11,485 bases of DNA from Candidatus Limnocylindrus sp. (GTDB lineage: Bacteria; Chloroflexota; Limnocylindria; Limnocylindrales; Limnocylindraceae), in the NCBI GenBank assembly GCA_040397175.1, contig JBBAWM010000004.1:1-11485 (forward strand). The letters run 5' to 3'. Shown here one piece after another: positions 7,692-11,485 of the stretch. Numbering within the stretch: the first letter of the stretch is position 1; every line of letters begins with the position of its first letter. The translations under genes were made by a program, and so were the position numbers. Below the pieces are notes generated by a model. It ran no database searches, was not told where the DNA came from, and saw nothing but the letters and a program-made list of their open reading frames with translations.

Positions 7692-8971
7692 TGCAAGAAC
7701 TCGTACCTCCCAAGGCAACGGCCCGAAAAGATCGGCGATCAAAGGATGGGTTCACCTACCGCTGCGACGCCACCGTATCCATCCCAGGTCGCCCAAGCGC
7801 CCGCGTGACCGCAACGGGGGCTTCTAAGCGCGAGGCCAAGCAGAATTGGCTCCTTCGTGCGGAGCGCATGCGCAGTGGTCTTGTGCGGGCGGAAATGCCC
7901 CTTCCCGACTACCTCGATAGTTGGCTCCGCGTTCACGAGGGGAAGGCGCGGCCAACCACGATTGCGCGCTATCGCAGCGACGTACAGAAATACCTGAAGC
8001 CGAAATTTATGGGCTATACGCTCGATCAGATCACCTACGACATGGTTGAGGAGTATGTCGCGGAACTTCGTAAGGGCGGCCTTCGGGAGAAGACGGTGCG
8101 ACATATCGTCTCCACACTGAGCTCGGCAATGAGCTCCGCATTCAAGAAGCGGCTCATCCCGATGAATCCGGCACGGGATATCCACGTAGTCAAAGACGAA
8201 AACCCGCGCATCCCTGAATGGGTTGCACCGCCGGTCATGCGTGATCTGCTCCTGCTGCAACCCGAATCACCACAGCGGGATCTCCTTATTGCTCTCACCG
8301 TCTTACCGCTGCGGCTGAATGAAGCTCGCGGCATTCAGTATCTCGACCTGCATCAGGATTACACCTACCTGGATCTCCGGGAGGCCGTATCCAAGGACCC
8401 GAATGCCACACGACGTACCTTGAAGACGTCACAGAGTCAGCGCGGTATTCAGCTTCCGCTGCATGTCCGAGCAGTGGTACAACGTGCACTCGCTCGACGG
8501 GGCGATGGGCCTGTGCCGACGAATGGCTGGGTCTTCGAGCGGGGTGACGGGAAGCCGATCTCTGTGAACCAGGTGCGTGGTTGGTGGGAGGCGTTCAAGG
8601 CGCGCAAGGGGCTGTCGAAGCGTTTACGCATTCACGATCTTCGCGCCGGGTTCGCTCGCCACCTGCTTGAGATGGGTGCAGCGATTGGTGATGTCTCGGC
8701 GGCACTCGGCCACACCAACTCCCGCGTAACGATTGACAGTTACACCGCAGGGACAGCTCTGACAGGGTCAAAGGCGATCAACCAGGTGTGGTCCCAGCAA
8801 TCTCCACCCAAATCTCCACCCAGTGCCGAAAACGGGGTCGATGAGAGGACGGTGCCGAACATGGGGAAGGCGGCCTTCCACGAGGGAAGGAGTGGCGGAG
8901 AGAGAGGGATTCGAACCCTCGATGGGGTTGCCCCCAAACCGCATTTCCAATGCGGCGCCATAGACCACTAG
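7691..8971 (+). CDS. int: Tyrosine recombinase/integrase, 426 aa as integrated
   Basis: N-terminal arm-binding-like region, core-binding domain (RPTTIARYRSDVQKYLKP) and catalytic residues R (LRLNEA), K (LKT), HxxR (IHDLR), LGH and Y (TIDSY). SD AAGGAG at 7677..7682. Adjacent to att. Confidence 0.95.
   Translation: MQELVPPKATARKDRRSKDGFTYRCDATVSIPGRPSARVTATGASKREAKQNWLLRAERMRSGLVRAEMPLPDYLDSWLRVHEGKARPTTIARYRSDVQKYLKPKFMGYTLDQITYDMVEEYVAELRKGGLREKTVRHIVSTLSSAMSSAFKKRLIPMNPARDIHVVKDENPRIPEWVAPPVMRDLLLLQPESPQRDLLIALTVLPLRLNEARGIQYLDLHQDYTYLDLREAVSKDPNATRRTLKTSQSQRGIQLPLHVRAVVQRALARRGDGPVPTNGWVFERGDGKPISVNQVRGWWEAFKARKGLSKRLRIHDLRAGFARHLLEMGAAIGDVSAALGHTNSRVTIDSYTAGTALTGSKAINQVWSQQSPPKSPPSAENGVDERTVPNMGKAAFHEGRSGGERGIRTLDGVAPKPHFQCGAIDH
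8799..8822 (+). repeat. Putative integrase arm-type sites: perfect tandem 12-mer AATCTCCACCCA x2
   Basis: Exact tandem duplication at 8799..8810 and 8811..8822, about 70 bp from the att core. A related pair sits at 153..176. Confidence 0.75.
8892..8951 (-). repeat. Proximal att core within the intact tRNA-Ser(GGA)
   Basis: 60-bp identity with 2..61. It spans CCA, T arm, variable arm and the whole anticodon loop. Confidence 0.96.
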
Positions 8972-8982
8972 GCGACCTCTCC
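8893..8982 (-). tRNA. tRNA-Ser(GGA)
   Basis: GGAGAGG acceptor, anticodon arm CCGCA-TTGGAAA-TGCGG, long variable arm, GGTTCGAATCC, and GCCA 3' end. Confidence 0.97.
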
Positions 8983-9015
8983 GTGATGACCGTACGCGAT
9001 GCGCCGATCAGTCGG

Positions 9016-9102
9016 TGGCGGAAAGGGTGGGATTCGAACCCACGAGGCTATTAACCTGCCGCTTTTCGAGAGCGGTGCCTTCAACCACTCGGCCACCTTT
9101 CC
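9016..9102 (-). tRNA. tRNA-Ser(CGA)
   Basis: GGAAAGG/CCTTTCC acceptor, anticodon arm CCGCT-CTCGAAA-AGCGG, long variable arm, T loop GTTCGAATC, and encoded CCA. Confidence 0.97.
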
Positions 9103-9120
9103 ACGGCGGAGAATAGCCGA

Positions 9121-9510
9121 TTAAGGGGTGAGCCGAACCTCAATGCCAGCGCTGGGCTGCATGCGCAGGAGCGCGCGGGCGCGGTCGTAGGCCATAAAGA
9201 GGCGTACGGCCATGCCGTACTTCTTCGTAAGGAGCTTCCAGACCTTTGGCATCTGGTCACTGGCGAGGTTGAACGCTTCGGCTGGGAGCTGTGTTCCGGT
9301 GACCTTGCCGATTGCGGTGCAGGGGGCAATCGCGGCACGACTGCTGTTGCGCAGGCGCTTCACCTTGCCCGCTTTGGCATTGCTAAACAGATAGAGGCTT
9401 CTGCCTTCGGCGGCCGCCCACACCGGGGTGGTGACGGGGGTGCCATCCCGTCGATAGGTGGTAAGTGCGACGTATTGCGCGGTGAGGATGGCGTCGCGCT
9501 CAGTGCTCAC
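9121..9510 (-). CDS. PPOX-class putative F420-dependent oxidoreductase (Rv2061-like), 129 aa
   Basis: YVALTTYRRDGTPVTTPVW and GKVKRLRN motifs. GTG start overlaps the upstream stop (GTGA, 9507..9510). Confidence 0.85.
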   Translation of the reverse strand: MSTERDAILTAQYVALTTYRRDGTPVTTPVWAAAEGRSLYLFSNAKAGKVKRLRNSSRAAIAPCTAIGKVTGTQLPAEAFNLASDQMPKVWKLLTKKYGMAVRLFMAYDRARALLRMQPSAGIEVRLTP

Positions 9511-10394
9511 GCCGGGTCGATCTCGTTGGCAATGTCGCGCAGGCGTCGGGCGAGGGCGGAGATGTCTTCATCGGCATGCCCCGTCTTGATCAGTTCATCT
9601 TCCAGGTGCGCTACGAGCATGGCTGTTGGCACCGGCACTTTCAGTTCGTCAGCAAGGCCAATCGCGATACCCAGGTCTTTGCGGTGCAGCGACACCTTGA
9701 AGCCGAGCGGATAGGTGTCGTTCGCCATGCGCTCCCAGCGATTCTCGAGCGCCCACGATCGTGCCGATCCGCCGCTCAGCGCAGTGACGAGGGTCTGTGG
9801 GTCGAGCCCCGCCTTCTGCCCTACCAGGATCCCCTCGGCGAGGGAGAGATACGTTCCGGAGATCACGATCTGATTGACCGCCTTACCAACCTGCCCCGAA
9901 CCGAGCGGGCCGAGGTGCGTAATGGTTTTCGCAAACGTCTCTATATAAGGACGCGCGGCGGCAACTGCTTCGGGTGATCCGCCGAGGAAGACGGTGAGGG
10001 TCCCCTTCTGGGCGCCTTCACTGCCGCCACTCACGGGGGCATCGACCATCAGGATTCCCTTCTTGGCGAGCAGCTCCCCCATCTCGCGCGTGGCGCTCGG
10101 GGCGATGGTGCTGGTGTCAATAATGATTGCGCCCGACTTCAACAGATCGATGGCGCCAGGCTGGCCCGGTGCGCCGAGCAGCAGCGCCTCAACATCGGGC
10201 GTATCGGAGATGGAGAGCACGACGGCATCAGCGCCGGTGAGGGCATCCGTTAGTGATGTGTGTTGCGTGGTGCTTGCAGGTGCGGTGCGATGCGTGCCGC
10301 GGTTCCAGGCCTGCACGCTGTGCCCAGCGGCGGCGAGGTGCCCAGCAATAGGGGCGCCCATGGTGCCTAATCCGAGAACGGCAACGCGACTCAT
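9507..10394 (-). CDS. NAD(P)-dependent beta-hydroxyacid dehydrogenase (3-hydroxyisobutyrate dehydrogenase / tartronate semialdehyde reductase family), 295 aa
   Basis: Rossmann GLGTMG, substrate motif DAPVSGG, catalytic Lys in GQVGKAVNQ, and F-x-x-x-L-x-x-KDL. Confidence 0.92.
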   Translation of the reverse strand: MSRVAVLGLGTMGAPIAGHLAAAGHSVQAWNRGTHRTAPASTTQHTSLTDALTGADAVVLSISDTPDVEALLLGAPGQPGAIDLLKSGAIIIDTSTIAPSATREMGELLAKKGILMVDAPVSGGSEGAQKGTLTVFLGGSPEAVAAARPYIETFAKTITHLGPLGSGQVGKAVNQIVISGTYLSLAEGILVGQKAGLDPQTLVTALSGGSARSWALENRWERMANDTYPLGFKVSLHRKDLGIAIGLADELKVPVPTAMLVAHLEDELIKTGHADEDISALARRLRDIANEIDPA

Positions 10395-10421
10395 GGCCCC
10401 ACTATAAGGAGGGAGGGGGAA

Positions 10422-10497
10422 TGGTGCGCCCGGCGGGACTCGAACCCACGACCTTTAGGTCCGCAACCTAACGCTCTATCCACTGAGCTACGGGCGC
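10422..10497 (-). tRNA. tRNA-Arg(GCG)
   Basis: GCGCCCG/CGGGCGC acceptor, D arm GCTCAGTGGATAGAGC, anticodon arm TTAGG-TTGCGGA-CCTAA, GGTTCGAGTCC, and ACCA end. Confidence 0.95.
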
Positions 10498-10523
10498 ATC
10501 TGCGGTGTGCAGCGTACAACGGC

Positions 10524-10616
10524 TGGCGGAGAGGGAGGGATTCGAACCCTCGACGCAGGAAAACCCCACGTGGCGGTTTAGCAAACCGCTGCACTAGACC
10601 TCTATGCGACCTCTCC
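10524..10616 (-). tRNA. tRNA-Ser(GCT)
   Basis: GGAGAGG/CCTCTCC acceptor, anticodon arm GCGGT-TTGCTAA-ACCGC, long variable arm, and GCCA end. Confidence 0.96.
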
Positions 10617-10655
10617 GAGACCGAGCGCGAGTATCCCAGAATCACCCGCTGAACG

Positions 10656-11330
10656 CTAGCCGAGGCGCTCCCAGCCCATGCGGGCGGCTTCGAGGGCAAG
10701 TGCGCTGTCAGGAGCCACCGCCACGGCGCGCTCCGCCAGTTTCAGCAGCGGGATGTCGGCAGCCGTGTCGCCGAAGGCGGCCACGATGCGACCACCCGCC
10801 GCGCAGGCCTGTGCCGCCCGTGCCTTCTCTTCGCCCGATTGCGTGGGCGCGGCAAGTTTGCCTGTTGAGATTCCATTGGCGACTTCGAATGGGGTGCCGA
10901 GCGCGATGGTGGCACCGAGCCTTTTTGCAAACGCCGCGGCGATCGGCTGGTAGCCGCCGGTCGCAAGAACGAGTTCGGCGCTGGGGTCGGTTGCTCGTGC
11001 CGCGGCGTGTGCCGCCTGCACTGCGGTGATCGCTTCGACGCGTCGGGCTGGCCAAAGGTGGTGCTCCACGACCCACTCCCCCATGGCGGTGAGCTGATCG
11101 TTTGGTGTGCCGCGCAGCAGCCTGGTCTGATCCTCGAGCCAACGAGCACGAAAGCGCTCCTTATTCATGAGACCGGAGCGGGCGAGGAAGACGATCGGCA
11201 GGCGCACCGCAATAAATCGGCGTGCCGCCGCACTGGTGGCATTCGCCAGGATCCATTCGTGCACGCCGCGCCACGTTTCGGCGGTGGTGAGGGTGCCATC
11301 CATGTCGCTGACAACAATTGGTCGAGTCAT
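10656..11330 (-). CDS. HAD-superfamily hydrolase, subfamily IB (SerB-like), 224 aa
   Basis: Motif I SDMDGTL, motif II LATGG, motif III GEEKA, and motif IV FGDTAAD. Confidence 0.9.
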   Translation of the reverse strand: MTRPIVVSDMDGTLTTAETWRGVHEWILANATSAAARRFIAVRLPIVFLARSGLMNKERFRARWLEDQTRLLRGTPNDQLTAMGEWVVEHHLWPARRVEAITAVQAAHAAARATDPSAELVLATGGYQPIAAAFAKRLGATIALGTPFEVANGISTGKLAAPTQSGEEKARAAQACAAGGRIVAAFGDTAADIPLLKLAERAVAVAPDSALALEAARMGWERLG

Positions 11331-11348
11331 GTGCGCAAGTATGCGGGG

Positions 11349-11387
11349 AAAAAGAGAGAGGCGCCCAGGTTTCCCTGGACGCCTCTC
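11349..11387 (-). terminator. Intrinsic terminator downstream of the Lys-rich gene
   Basis: The - strand reads GAGAGGCGTCCAGG-GAAA-CCTGGGCGCCTCTC (14-bp stem with one G-U pair, GNRA loop) followed by TCTTTTT. A second 8-bp hairpin AACGATCC/GGATCGTT lies at 11389..11409. Confidence 0.85.
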
Positions 11388-11414
11388 GAACGATCCTCGA
11401 CGGATCGTTAAAAG

Positions 11415-11485
11415 TTACTTCTTCTTCGCAGCCTTGCGCTTCTTGCGCTTGGCTGGGGCCTTCTTCGCAACGGCCTTCTTCGCCG
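11415..11485 (-). CDS. 3' end of a gene with a Lys/Ala-rich, histone H1-like tail (partial, continues beyond window)
   Basis: Reads ...AKKAVAKKAPAKRKKRKAAKKK* with TAA at 11417..11415, followed by the terminator. Confidence 0.8.
   Translation of the reverse strand, partial: AKKAVAKKAPAKRKKRKAAKKK

Larger units (their letters stand above)
2..8951. mobile_element. tRNA-Ser(GGA)-integrated genomic island carrying xis-int and a restriction-modification cargo
   Basis: Bounded by an identical 60-bp direct repeat matching the tRNA-Ser(GGA) 3' half. Tyrosine integrase and excisionase lie next to the intact tRNA. Visibly lower GC than the host genes at 9100-11485. Confidence 0.95.

Noticed and set aside
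7739-8968. Antisense ORFs within int (7739..8260, 8035..8334, 8740..8961, 8768..8968)
   Set aside because: Shadow frames of the integrase and tRNA, with no independent signals.
10524-10553. Third near-copy (29/30) of the att repeat
   Set aside because: It is the 3' end of the intact paralogous tRNA-Ser(GCT). The variable arm and anticodon loop differ from the att core.
10391-11411. Overlapping Arg/Pro/Ala-rich ORFs (10391..10699, 10604..11029, 10708..11142, 10742..11149, 11007..11411)
   Set aside because: High-GC alternative frames over the tRNAs and the HAD gene.
1-11485. CRISPR array, IS element or prophage
   Set aside because: No regularly spaced repeat-spacer units, transposase or phage structural/replication genes are seen.

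Overview
The left 8.95 kb is a complete, compact integrative element inserted in tRNA-Ser(GGA). It is bounded by a perfect 60-bp direct repeat (2..61 and 8892..8951) covering the tRNA 3' half through the anticodon loop, so the predicted excised circle is 8,890 bp. On the + strand it carries an excisionase-like HTH gene coupled to a tyrosine integrase. On the - strand it carries a 106-aa helical protein and a tight operon of a Type III-like restriction helicase/nuclease (1041 aa), a large beta-class DNA methyltransferase (922 aa) and a coupled 173-aa PD-(D/E)xK-like nuclease. No replication, relaxase or phage structural genes are seen. The integrase ORF runs through the att core, antisense to the tRNA, so excision would change its C-terminus (426 aa integrated, 444 aa on the circle). 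The right 2.5 kb is GC-rich host backbone, all on the - strand: four tRNAs (Ser-GGA, Ser-CGA, an uncommon Arg-GCG, Ser-GCT), a PPOX/F420-type oxidoreductase, a beta-hydroxyacid dehydrogenase, a HAD-IB hydrolase, an intrinsic terminator and the Lys/Ala-rich tail of a truncated gene. Family assignments rest on motif recognition only; no searches were run.
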